Shown here piece by piece: positions 25,561-37,732 of a stretch of DNA of 64,000 nucleotides (its first letter is position 1; the number at the start of each line of letters is the position of its first letter). The position numbers and the translations under genes are program-made. The notes beneath the pieces are model-generated. The model was not told where the DNA came from. It saw nothing but the letters and a program-made list of their open reading frames with translations, and ran no database searches. The DNA comes from Hypanus sabinus. Lineage: Eukaryota. Where the stretch lies: NCBI RefSeq assembly GCF_030144855.1, contig NC_082708.1, forward strand, positions 144,522,001 through 144,586,000, given 5' to 3'.

Positions 25561-28500
25561 AACACAAACACAATATTGGAATTGGTTTATCACTGTCCTA
25601 TGTACAGTGAAAACCTTGCCTTCTATACTGTTCATAAGATAAATCATTACATAGTGCATTTGAAGTAGTACAAGGTAAAATAATTACAGAACACCGAGTA
25701 ATGTGCAACAGCTAGACATAAAGTGGAGTTCAGGCAGACAAAGTGCAAAATCAAAATAGATTATGAGATTAAGAGTCCATTTCATCATACTAGGGAACCA
25801 TTCAGTAGTCTTTTAACAGTGGGTAGAATCAGTCCTTGAGTCTGATGGTATGTCCTTTCAGGCTTTTGCATCTTCTACCCAGTGAGAGAGGGAAGGAGAG
25901 TGAAAATTTGGTGTGATGGGGTCTTTGATTATGCTATCTGCTTTACTGAAATAGTGAGCAGTATAGAGAATCCATAGAGAGGAGATTGGTTTCTATGATG
26001 TGCTAGGCACTGATATGGTAAGAGATATCAGGCAAACTGAAGATTCAAGGGTATCCTCAAAGTGTACCTGTAGAAATGCAATGTCTCCACTGAATACTGG
26101 GAATTTCTGGCCCATGAGCACACAAAGCAGAAAAGAATTCAGGATAATATTGAGAACCTTGAGCCTATATATCATAATTGTCACTCAGAGGGATATGGTA
26201 TCTATACAGTACGTGGTAGTGTTTGGTCCTAATGAGATTTGATAATTTTCTTATGTTACTCCACTGTAGGTGAAAAACTGGAGCACAGGCAACAATTAGA
26301 AAGCATCCTATTATTAGATTTGATTAATGGATCCGGTTGAACCACTGCAAAGTTAGGAGACCTGTTGCCTAAACATGGTTGGATAAACTTTTCTTCTTCA
26401 AGTGGACCTCAAACAGCCTAAAGAATGCAACCCATCACAGGTTTACCTGGTGGGAAAATTCTCTGCACACAATGCTAATGGGAAAAAATGTGGGGATCAT
26501 CAAAAAGGATGAGCCTGATTGATTACAAACCTCACTTTGAATGAACACATTGACTAAGAGGGCAGAAATGAAACAATGCACATATGCAAATATTTGGTTT
26601 AACAAAATGGAAAGTGCCCATGTGACCAGTACAGCTCTCAGCTTTCATGCTTCATTCCAAACTAGGATTAGGTTGACAACAGGTTGGAAGGTCATATCAT
26701 TAAGCAGAATCAGTAGCTAACAAATCAGATGGACTATTAAATAGAAACAGGAAATTATGGAAATATATTACATTGGGAAATGCTAAATTGGTTCTTTCTG
26801 AACACTTACAGCATTTTCTGTTTATGAAACCCCAATAATCTGGCACCTTTGAAACTATTTTGGGTTGGTTGATCTGATTGTTTTGGGTGTTATTCTTACC
26901 TATTAATACCAATTGACTTCAGTGATATAGATAATATTAGAATATTTTTTCTTGATGAATCTGATAGGTTTAAAGCAAGTGTGGAAAATAGAGCCCCAGT
27001 GAGTTTCAGGGGAGTATGGTGAGCCAGGTGCCATATCGCTGGGATATCCACACACTCACATAGCAGGGCTGTGGAAAAATCATACTTGGAGGAGAACAGT
27101 TTGAATCTGCACATGCATTGGCCTTACTATAAAAATTCTGACAGGCCAAATCCTCATATTAAGACTAAAACATAAAAGCTTTAGGAGTGGCATGTAAATT
27201 TTAAATCTTGTGTCATAAATTTTCATGCAACTGGATTTTGGAATTCAGGATTCATCCGGAAAGCTGTAACAATGCTAAGCATAGCCTTTTCTAAACCTGT
27301 GGTCCACAACTTTCAATATAGGCAATCCAGTGACTGGATTCAACAGTGCGAAAACTATGCAAGAGAGTCAGAAAACATCCCAGACACTGTGAAAACATTT
27401 ATTCATAATGGAGTAGAAATCTTGCCATAGAATGGTTCAACAAAAATAGCAAAACCTTTTCTGAGAGCATTCTGTCCACTCAGCTGTGTTGTTACAAATC
27501 CAGTGCTTAATAGAACTATAAAGAACCAACGGTTAACAGTCACTTCTGCTGATAGATTAGGCTCAGCAAAAAATTAATAGAGTTCAACCGTTGAACAAAA
27601 TTAGCCTGACATGTCAGTGCACGAGGGCATTTAATAAGATTAGACATGCTGCTGCATAGTTTTAAGCTGAATTTAAAACAGTTTCAGTAACCCAACATAA
27701 AGCTAACTTAAGTTAATGAATACACTGTTCTGTTGAGCTGTAATTTCTTATATGCATTCTATTTAAAAGTCATCTGTATTATGTTAATGTTCAAAATATT
27801 TTAACTTTAAATCCATTTTAGTCACTTTGATAGAATTTATAACTTTCAATGATAGTGACAGAACAATCATATCACCAACAATCTTTAGAAATAACATCGA
27901 TTCAATCTTCATATATTGGCATTGCCAATGAAAAACTTTTATTGCTTATCTAGTCTTCTTTCAGAGGCTGGTGGTGGGATACCTTCATGAACGTTGTAAT
28001 CATGGACATCTGGAGAAGATCCTTGAACAGTATTACTAGGTTAGGAGTTGCACTATTTTAATCCAGCAATAATGAAGGAATGGTGATGTCTTCTAACATT
28101 AGGATAATGTATAACATGTGGTAGATGTGTAGGGTGGAGGTATCTGCAGGATGCAATGTGTCAGCTGTCCTTTGGAAGTGGCTAATTAAGGGTGATGGAT
28201 GGGCTACCACTCAAATGGACTGCTTCATTTTGAATGATGTCAACTTCCCTGGTGCTGTAGTACCTGCACTCATTATGGAAATTTAACAGTGCTCCATCAC
28301 ACTTTGTAGATGCTCATTCTAAATAATTAAGAAACATTGGGACTCAGCTTTCTGATTAGCTCCAATTCCCATTGTATTTAGTGTGACAGATCCAATCATT
28401 ACAAATGATTTTCAAGGTATTAACAGTGGAGGATTCGGGTTATGGTATTGAAATTAAATACAAGGACTTTATTGCAGGGGCTGGATATTTTCCAGTACTT

Positions 28501-29024
28501 TTGTGGCAGAAATGTTTTTTGTCACATTAATGCAAACCTGGTTGTCAAACTTTAGCTTGCAAGCACCAACTGTTTCATTGTTCAAGGAATCACACAAAGG
28601 ATGAAATGTAACAGTCCTAATCTTACCTACTGATGGCGGGTAGATCCGTAATAAAGCAGCAGAATGGGGATAGGTGTGAAAACAACCTTCTCATGCAAGT
28701 CAGGATTTCCTCCTTTTTCTGCATTGGTTCCAATTTTACTAGAGCTCTCTGCTGTTTCTCTCAGCTGAACGGCGCTTTGTCCTCAAGGACAGTTATTGTC
28801 ACTTCACGTCTGGAATGCAACTCTGGAACTCTGCCAAAGTACATTCTACGCAAGTGAGTGCATGAATGTGTTTATGAAAATTCAAATTAAAATAAATATT
28901 TTGGCAAGTTGCTTGCTGAGCAAAGCCATAATATTTAACTGGAGAAGTTCTGGGGAAGAATGATGTTGTTACTCATAAAGTATTCTTGGTTTTGGTTAAT
29001 AACAAATTTTTCACAATAAAGGCA

Positions 29025-29460
29025 ACCGAAGAAGTTCGGCATGGGCCCCCAAAATCCTCAAGATCCCCTCCTCTCCTTTTCTACAGAGGCATCATTGAGA
29101 GTATACTGACCAGCTGTATCACCCCCCCCCCCCCCCCCCATACAGGAACTGCACCAACCTTGATCGCTGGGCACTGCAGAGGGTGGTACAGTCAGCCCTG
29201 GACATGTATAGCAGCAGGTGCAGAAAGAAGGCCTGGAAGATATCGGGGACACCAGTCACCCCAACCATAAACTGTTTCAGCTGCTTCCATCTGGTAAATG
29301 ATACCGCAGCCTTAAGCCAGGGCCAACAGGCTATGAGATAGCTTCTTTCTACAAGCCATTATTAGACTTAAATTCACATGTCTGTACATTGCAATGGAGT
29401 TATAATGCAATGATTTTTACTCCCTCACATTGTGGAATGGATGTAAATTTCAATAAATTC
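29025..29460 (+). mobile_element. Rex1/Babar-type LINE 3' fragment
   Basis: FYRGIIESILTSCIT and HKLFQLLPSG motifs; ends caataaattc. Confidence 0.7.
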
Positions 29461-29796
29461 TAAAGGGAAAATAGAACCTCTGATGTGCAACTGTGATCAC
29501 TAGGAGTAGAGTATGACTACATAATAATACATAATCAGGATGGAGGCATTTTAGTGATACTCTGTCACATCTAACACAATTGTTTGGCTTTAACATTTAA
29601 GTGTAAAATTATAGTTGTTGGTCTATTTACACAAGCCTTATACAGATCCTTCTTAGGATATGACCGGTTTCCATTTCTATTAACTATAAACCTGAACAGT
29701 TCATAAGTCAGAAATGCAGCTACAGACAGAGTTCCTACACAGCAGAAGATGCCTGCAGCAGATGGTAAATCTGTCCCACTGGTCTCTCAAACATTG

Positions 29797-29868
29797 ATCT
29801 GTATGTACAGGTTATGTACAGGTATGTACATCTGTACAGGTATGTACAGATCTGTATGATCTGTATAA
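29797..29868. repeat. Short patchwork tandem repeat (TGTACA/GGTA/GATC units)
   Basis: gatctgtatgtacaggttatgtacaggtatgtacatctgtacaggtatgtacagatctgtatgatctgtat. Confidence 0.75.
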
Positions 29869-30127
29869 CTTGGGTACTTGGAAGATAGGGAGGATGAAAA
29901 TAGCTGCTGATACTGATTGGTCCTTCTTTGTTGGCACGTGATCAAAGGTCAATGTACTTCCAGAGGATGGATGTATTTGTCCTTCAACCACTGGATAAAC
30001 TCTCTTAGCCATCAGAGAACCCTTAACAGACAGGTTAATACAAATTTAATGCCAATGCATCACCAGTGGAAAAAATTCTACATATAATGAAGTTTTGTCA
30101 TGGATTTTTAGTATATGTTCTTTAGAT

Positions 30128-30207
30128 CAGGGTTTTCCAACCTTTTTTATATAGTGGACATCTACCATTAACTGAGAGGTCTGTGAATCCCAGGTTGGGA
30201 ACACCTT
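30128..30207. mobile_element. hAT MITE, same family
   Basis: cagggttttccaacc...ggttgggaacacctt with TSD CTTTAGAT/CCTTAGAT. Confidence 0.8.
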
Positions 30208-30917
30208 CCTTAGATTTAGGTGTATGTCAATGATTATTTCTAGATGTCCTGAGACGGTGGTGGTGGGTCCATTGATTTACTCCATGTTGAAGATTATTTG
30301 CAGCATGCTGATTCTATGCAGTCAGCAACAGTTAAGTTTTTTAGCCCTTTTCTCAGAAGCACAATGTTCTCTCCCCTTTAGCATCCCAATGAATGCACAT
30401 CAGATGGCCTTTGTAGTGAAGAAGGCTCACATTTGATGAAGAGTTTCAAGACTAGCACATGCAACTTAAAAGTCTAAACCTGGTCTTTCAGGAGTTATGG
30501 TGGAAAAGATGTTAAAATATAGAGCGTGGTATAATCATTTACCCATAATTGCAAATTAATTCTAGGTCAATTGTAAATGCTAGATCTGCAATTGATTGTT
30601 GCTCAAAGATTCTGCAGGCATATGAGATCAAAGATCAGCATGATCTAATTGAATGGCAAAGAGCTGAGGAGCTAAGAGAGCTCTTCATGTTATTCTTATA
30701 AACATGTAACATGAGTAACCAGACTTTTCTCTCTCCAAACCAGTTGAGTTTTTCCGTAGGCGCAAGTTTATTTGAGGATTTCTGATATTTGTAGAAGTTA
30801 ACTTCTGAAGTTTATACTTCATAACAGAAAGTAATTGGATAAACAAGGTTTTTTTTTTAAATTCCGTAGTCGGACATACAGATTAGGAGGAGAAGTGAGC
30901 TTAAATTTGCAACATCT

Positions 30918-32977
30918 TTGTGCAGTTAAGAGAGGGTAGAATCAGCAGCAACCATACCAACTTCAAAAGATGCACAACACGAAATGGGAACAGCCTTCAT
31001 TCAAAGGCAGCAGTTGCATGCTGCTATGGCTGACACTTTTCTGGAGCACCTGTGCTTGTTGAAGCAACAATTGCTTGCAACACTGGCATTATTTGTACCA
31101 TTGGCGCCGCATCAAGATCTGTTGAGATGCTAAAAGAGATGATCAAAGCTTGAATGAATGTTGCACGGATGAATTTTTTGCATGGAAAACATGAGTACCA
31201 CGCAGAATCTATCAAGAATGTCCATGAAGCCACAGAAAGCTTTGCTGACAACCCCATCAACCATAGGCTAGCTGTCATTGCTTTGGACACAAAAGGGCTT
31301 GAAATCCACACTGGACTCATCAAGGGAAGTGGCACTGCTGATGTTGAACTTAAGAAAGGAGTTAAGCTTAAAATCACACAATGTCTATAAAGACAAATGT
31401 GATGAAAATATTCTGTGGACTACAAGAATTTGTCTAGAGTGGTTGAAAAAGACAGCCAAATCTATGTAGGTGATGGCTTAATTAGTCTCCGTGTGTTGGA
31501 CAAAGGTGCAGATTATTTTAATACTGAGTTTGAGAATGGTGGTGTTCTGGGCAGCGAAAAAGGTGTCAACTTGCCAGGAGCAGCAGTTGACCTTCCAGCA
31601 GTATCAGAGAAAGATATCCAAGACCTAAACTTTGGTGTGGAGCAAGGAGTAGACATGGTGTTTGCCTCCTTCATTCGCAAGGGTGCCGATGTTGACACTG
31701 TGCGAACAGTCCTTGGTGAGAAAGAAGATCAAAATTATCAGCAAAATAGAGAATCATGAGGGAGTTTGTCGATTTGATGAGGTCCTGGAGGGCAGTGATG
31801 GCATCATGGTTGCTCATGGTGACCTGGGCATTGAAATCCCAAGTGAGAAAGTCTTTCTTGCTCAGAAAATGATGACTCGACATTGTAACAGAGCAGACAA
31901 GCCTGTCATCTGTGCTACCCAGATGTTGGAGAGCATGATTAAGAAACCCAGATGCACCTGAGCCAAGAGCAGTGATGTAGCTGATGCTGTACTAGATGGT
32001 GCAGATTGCATCATGTTGTCCAGAGAAACTCCTAAAGGAGATTATCCCCTTGAGGCTGTAAAAACGCAGCACTTGATAGCTCGTGAGACAGAGGTTGCAA
32101 TGTATCATCGACAATTGTATTTGGAGATCGCTCACCTAGCACTTCCCATGGTAGACACAACAGAGACTGCTGCCATTGGTGCTGTGCCGGCCTGTTTTAA
32201 ATGTCTTGCTGCTGTTGTTATAGTCCTGACCAAATCTGGCAGGTCTGCACACCTTGTGTCCAGATATCGCCCACAAGCTCCTATCCTCGCTGTAACTCCT
32301 GAACCTCAGACTGCGTGGCAGGCCCATCTTTACTGGGGTATTTTCCCGGTCCTCTTCAAACCACCAGCCGATGCTATCTGGTCTGATGATGTTGATCACA
32401 GAATGAAGCTGGCAAGGCTCGTGGTTTCTTCAAGCCGTGTGACCTAATGATTGCATTGACTGGCTGGCGCCCAGGATCTGGATTCACCATCACCATGCAT
32501 GTACTGCAAGTTTCCTGAGCATGGTTAGGACTGGATATCTGATGTCCACTGCAGTATCACCTCCTAGAGGCAGACATAGCTTTGTGCACTGCAGAGCATA
32601 TTCACCTCAGCAAATTAAAGAGAATGCAACCCTTGTAATGTGTTCTGCACCTGATTATTCTGCTGTGCAGCACCTGACTGCCTGATGTAAGACTATATGC
32701 TTCACTCAGTGCACCGTAAGTGTATCATAACCATACAACCATTTATTTATATTTTAGTTAAGACTAGTGTCCAATAATACACTATTAGTTATACTTCAAT
32801 TAATTATTTTTAGTTCCAGATTTAAACTGTTTAAATCCTCCCTGAATCAGTGTCTGACTTTGGCCTAGTTTCTCAGTGCAACATGCTGTTGTGATTTATA
32901 GCAGTAGAATTCAGTTTAAATGTTGTATGTTTGAAGAAGACATCAATAAATGCTATCTTCCTCAGTGAGAAAAAAAT
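30918..32977 (+). pseudogene. PKM: Processed pseudogene of pyruvate kinase M, antisense within IGFBP7 intron 1
   Basis: Intronless, collinear PK sequence from ...[21 protein letters not shown] through [11 protein letters not shown] and GDLGIEIP to GWRPGSGFT...* (stop 32516-32518). Start decayed to ATA at 30954, in-frame stops at 31151 and 31959, several frameshifts. AATAAA at 32945, A-tract near 32970, TSD AATTTGCAACATCT at 30904-30917 and 32978-32991. Confidence 0.95.
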
Positions 32978-34427
32978 AATTTGCAACATCTCAGCGGATA
33001 GTAATTTTTTCCCTTCAGGACAGAAGATGGAGAGTTCAAACTCCACTCCACAGGTTTGAGCGGACAGTACAATGGCACTGAGGTTCAGCTGAGAGTGCTG
33101 CAGTTTGAGAGGCACCATCTTTCCATGTAATATTAAACTGAGTCCTAAATTTCCTCTTCAGAAGCATGTAAGACGTTTCATGGGACTAAGTTGAAGAACA
33201 GCAGCTGAGTTAAATCATGACTAATATTTATTCCTGATTCAATGTCATTGAACTAAACATTATTTCTTCAGTCTAAGAACTTGCTGTGCTCAATTTCACT
33301 GAAGCCTGAACCATTATTCTTTTCATTATCCAGAATGGGACTAAATGTGCCTGAATTTGGATGTTATGACAAACAAGAACAGACATGAATTGTTTATTTC
33401 CCAAAAAATCTGTTAACTATTTATATACATTGTATATAAATACCATGGGGGGGGGAGCTGGGGTGAGGACTTTGGGGTTCTAAAATTTAAACTGTCATTC
33501 ATTCTTTGGGGCACTTCTCTGTTTTCGTGGATGTTTGTGAAGAAAAAGCATTTCAGGATGTATATTGTATACATTTCTCTGACATTAAATTGGACCTTTG
33601 AAACTTTGAACCTTTTAACATTTTTAAAGCACTAGATTCAAAACACCAGCAATCTTTCTTTGCAATGCAAATATTAATAGTATTTCCAGCAGATATGCAG
33701 AATAGCTACAAGTAACCTCTTTAAATGCCAAACTGCAGAATTATGAGATTTTGGGATTTCAAAACAAATTTAAAAATTTGTTTATTATGTATCAAGGTAC
33801 GGTGAAAAACTTCATTTTGCATTTCATCAATAAAGATCATTTACATTAATCAATGGATTGAGGCAGTACAGGGGAAAGTAATAACAGAATGCAGATTAAG
33901 TACTGCAGTTACAAAGGAGGTGCAGTGTGTGCAGTCAGTCAAGTGCAAGGTAATAACAAGGTATGTCCATTCTTAACATACAATGGGATTGTTCAATAGT
34001 GTTAGAATAGGGCATAGAAGCATGATGGCACATGCTTTCAGGCTTTTGTATCTCCTGCCTGATGGAGGGGAGAGAAGACAGAATATCTGGGGTAGGTGGG
34101 GTTTTTGATTAAGTGGGCTTCTTTACAGTGATAACAAGCTATGTAGACAAAATCCATGGAGGGAAGGCTAGTTTCTATAATGTGCTGACCACGTTCCCAA
34201 CTATCTGCACCTGAGTTTTCAGCTGGCCATTCAGCAAACCCTAATCCCCTGCCATAGTTGTGTTGCAGGGAAAGGCTGGCAAACGTGATTCTTCCTGGTG
34301 GAGAGGCCGTCTTGTTCATGCTACACTTTTAATAATCTTTTCTTTACCTTTCACAAGGCCCCAAAGAAATTCCTCTGGCTTAATTCACAAACCCTGTGTC
34401 TTACTAATGATAGGAGAACGGAAAGCT

Positions 34428-34641
34428 TGTAGCGATGCGCTACATGCAGCGCTAAAATTACGACACGGAGTCGGTAACTGCAGTCGAAGGAAAAACTTTA
34501 TTCGAAATCCTCAGTCTCACTTTTAAGCCTCTGTCAACCGGCCCCCCATGGCGCAGAGGCTCCAAAGCTCTGTGCTCGCAAATCCCCGTAGACTATCTAA
34601 TTGTGAGCCGGTTCGGATGTGCCAGGAAATGGGTCGCCACA
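34428..34641 (-). repeat. Gypsy 3' LTR (214 bp)
   Basis: TG...CA termini, preceded on the - strand by a poly-G PPT (about 34645-34657). Contains AATAAA at 34497-34502 (- strand). Confidence 0.93.
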
Positions 34642-34659
34642 TAACCCCCCCCCCCCCAG

Positions 34660-37600
34660 AACCGGCGATACACCCCCCAATGTCCACAGTCTGGGCCGGA
34701 CCCTGTTTGGGAGGTCGGCCTCTGCGCCGAGGCGCCGGAAACTCGGCCGGTTGCGCCAGGTCCACATGGGCCGGTTTGAGTCGGTCCACCGTGAAAACCT
34801 CCTCTTTCCCCCCAACGTCCAGCACGAACGTGGACCTGTTGTTCCGGAGCACCATAAACAGCCCCTCGTATGGCCGCTGCAGCGGTGGCCGATGCCCGCC
34901 CCTTCGTACAAACACAAACTTACAGTTCTGCAGGTCTTTGGGTACGCAGATCGGGTTCCGCCCGTGCTGTGAAGTGGGTATGGGGGCCAGGTTACCGAGC
35001 TTCTCGCGTAGTCTGCCCAGGACTGCTGCGGGATCTTCCTCTTGCCCCCGTGGGGCTGGTAGGAACTCCCCGGGGACGACCAGGGGCGCGCCGTATACCA
35101 ACTTGGCCGATGAGGTGTGCAGGTCGTCTTTGGGTGCTGTGCGGATGCCGAGTAGGACCTAGGGAAGCTCGTCCACCCAGTTGGCCCCTCGCAGGCGGGC
35201 CATGAGGGCCGACTTCAGGTGACGGTGGAAACGCTCCACTAGCCCGTTCGACTGTGGGTGGTAGGCAGTGGTGTGGTGCAGCTGAGTCCCCAAAAGGCTG
35301 GCCATAGCTGACCACAGGCTGGAGGTGAACTGGGCGCCTCTGTCAGAGGTAATGTGGGCCGGTACACCAAAGCGAGATATCCAGGTGGTGATCAGGGCTC
35401 AGGCGCAAAATTCGGAGGTGGTGTCGGTGAGCGGGACCGTCTCTGGCCATCTTGTGAACCGGTCCACAATAGTCAGGAGGTGCCGCGCTCCACACGACAC
35501 TGGCAGGTGGCCCACGATATCCACATGAATGTGGTCGAAACGCCGGTGGGCAGGATGGAACTGCTGCGGTGGGGCTTTGGTGTGCCGCTGCACCTTGGCC
35601 GTCTGGCAGTGCATGCACGTTTTGGCCCATTCACTGACCTGTTTGCGGAGTCCGTGCCAAACGAACCTGCTGGAAACCATCCGGACAGTCGTCCGGATGG
35701 AGGGATGCACCAAGTTATGAATGGAGTCGAAAACACAGCGCCGCCAGGCTGTCGGGACGACTGGACAGGGCTGGCCGGTGGCGACGTCACAGAGTAAGGT
35801 CCTCTCACCTGGGCCTACGGGGAGGTCCTGGAGCTGCAAACCGGAGACTGCGGTTCTGTAACTCGGAATCTCCTCATCCGCCTGCTGTGCCTCTGCCAGT
35901 GCCTCAAAGTCTACCCCTTGGGAAAGGTCATGAACGGTAGGGCGAGAGAGCGCATCCGCCACGACATTGTCCTTACCCAAGACGTGCCGGACATCCGTCG
36001 TGTATTCAGAGATGTAGGACAGGTGGCGTTGCTGGCGGGACGACCAGGGGTCGGACGCTTTCGTAAACGCAAAGGTAAGCAGTTTGTGGTCCGTGAACGC
36101 GGTGAAGGGCCGACCTTCTAGGAAGTACCGGAAATGCCGGATTGCCAGGTAGAGCGCCACCAGTTCCCGGTGGAAAGCACTGTACTTGAGCTCGGGTGGC
36201 CGCAGGTGTTTGCTGAAAAACGCCAGGGGTTGCCAGCGACCTGCGATGAGTTGCTCCAGCACCCCACCAACTGCCGTGTTAGATGCGTCCACTGTGAGGG
36301 AGGTAGGGGCGTCCATTCTGGGATGTACTAGCATTGCGGCGTTCGCCAAAGCTTCCTTCATTTGAACGAAAGCGGCGGCGGACTCCTCGTCCCAGGTAAT
36401 GTCCTTGCTCGGACCCGACATCAGGGCGAACAGGAGGCGCATGATCCGGGCAGCTGAAGGGAGGAAGCGGTGGTAGAAATTGACTATACCTACGAATTCC
36501 TGAAGGCCTTTGATCGTGGTGGGTCGGGGGAAGTGGCGGACCGCATCTACCTTAGCGGGCAGAGGGGTTGCCCCGTCTTTAGTATTCCTGTGGCCCAGGA
36601 AGTCAATGGTATCGAGTCCGAACTGGCATTTGGCGGGGTTGATTGTAAGACCGTACTCACTCAGTCGGGCGCAGAGTTGACGGAGGTGGGACAGATGCTC
36701 CTGACGACTGCTGCTGGCTATGAGGATGTCGTCCAAATAGATGAACACAAAGTCCAGGTCCCGTTCCACCGCGTCCATTAACCACTGGAACATCTGTGCA
36801 GCATTCTTCAGGCCGAACGGCATGCGGAGGAACTCGAAAAGGCCAAACGGGGTGATGAGAGCCGTTTTGGGGACGTCGTCAGGATGCATCGGGATTTGAT
36901 GGTACCCTCGGACGAGGTCTACCTTGGAGAAGATCCGTGCGCCATGCAGGTTTGCTGCAAAGTCCTGAATGTGCGGCACGGGGTAGCGGTCCGGTTTGGT
37001 AGCCTCTTTCAGCCTGCAGTAGTCGCCGCACGGTCTCCAGCCTCCCGTCGCCTTGGGCACCATGTGCAGGGGGGAGGCCCATGGGCTGTCGGACCGCCGG
37101 ATGATCCCCAATTCCTCCATCCTCTGGAACTCCTCCTTCGCCAGTCGGAGCTTGTCCGGGGGAAGCCGCTGAGCGCGGGCGTGGAGGGGTGGTCCCTGGG
37201 TCGGGATGTGGTGCTGTACGCCGTGCCTGGGCATGGCCGCTGTGAACTGCGGAGCCAGAACCGATGGGAACTCCGCCAGGACCCTGGTGAAGTCGTTGTC
37301 GGACAGCGTGATGGAGCCGAGGTGAGGGGCTGGCAACTGGGCTGCACCCAGGGAGAACGTCTGAAAGGTCTCGGTGTGTACCAGTCTCTTCCTGGGCAGG
37401 TCGACCAGTAGGCTGTGAGCCCGCAAAAAATCCGCACACAGAAGTGGTTGGGCTACGGCGGCCAGTGTGAAGTCCCACGTGAACTGGCTGGAGCCGAACT
37501 GTAGCTGCACCTGACGGGTGCCGTAGGTCCTTACTGTGCTCCCATTCACGGTCCTCAGGGGGGGCCCCGGTGCCCTGCTGCGGGTGTCGTAACTCGTCGG

Positions 37601-37732
37601 AGGTAAAACGCTGATCTCGGCAACAGTGTCGACCAAAAACCAGCGTCCCGACCTTCTGTCCCACACATACAGGAGGCTATCCCGATGGCCAGCCGCCGTA
37701 GCCATCAGCGGCGGCTGGCCCTGGCGTTTCCC
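34660..37732 (-). pseudogene. Gypsy pol (protease, RT, RNase H, integrase)
   Basis: 799-aa ORF with [11 protein letters not shown] (protease DTG changed to DTV), [11 protein letters not shown], RNase H and integrase H-H-C-C. Premature stops near 35399 and 35160; integrase tail PLQRPYEG...RRRGRPPK. Confidence 0.92.

Noticed and set aside
27590-27660. Palindrome CTGACATGTCAG and nearby AGACATGCTG as a p53 or TGIF/Meis site
   Set aside because: A single short palindrome with imperfect consensus and wrong spacing; expected by chance in 64 kb without conservation data.
29122-29139. Long poly-C or poly-G runs (also near 33447, 49972 and 62299) as G-quadruplex elements
   Set aside because: They lie inside decayed repeats and are consistent with slippage or homopolymer sequencing error.
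30954-32518. Functional PKM retrogene
   Set aside because: Lost ATG, at least two in-frame stops, and several frameshifts and deletions.
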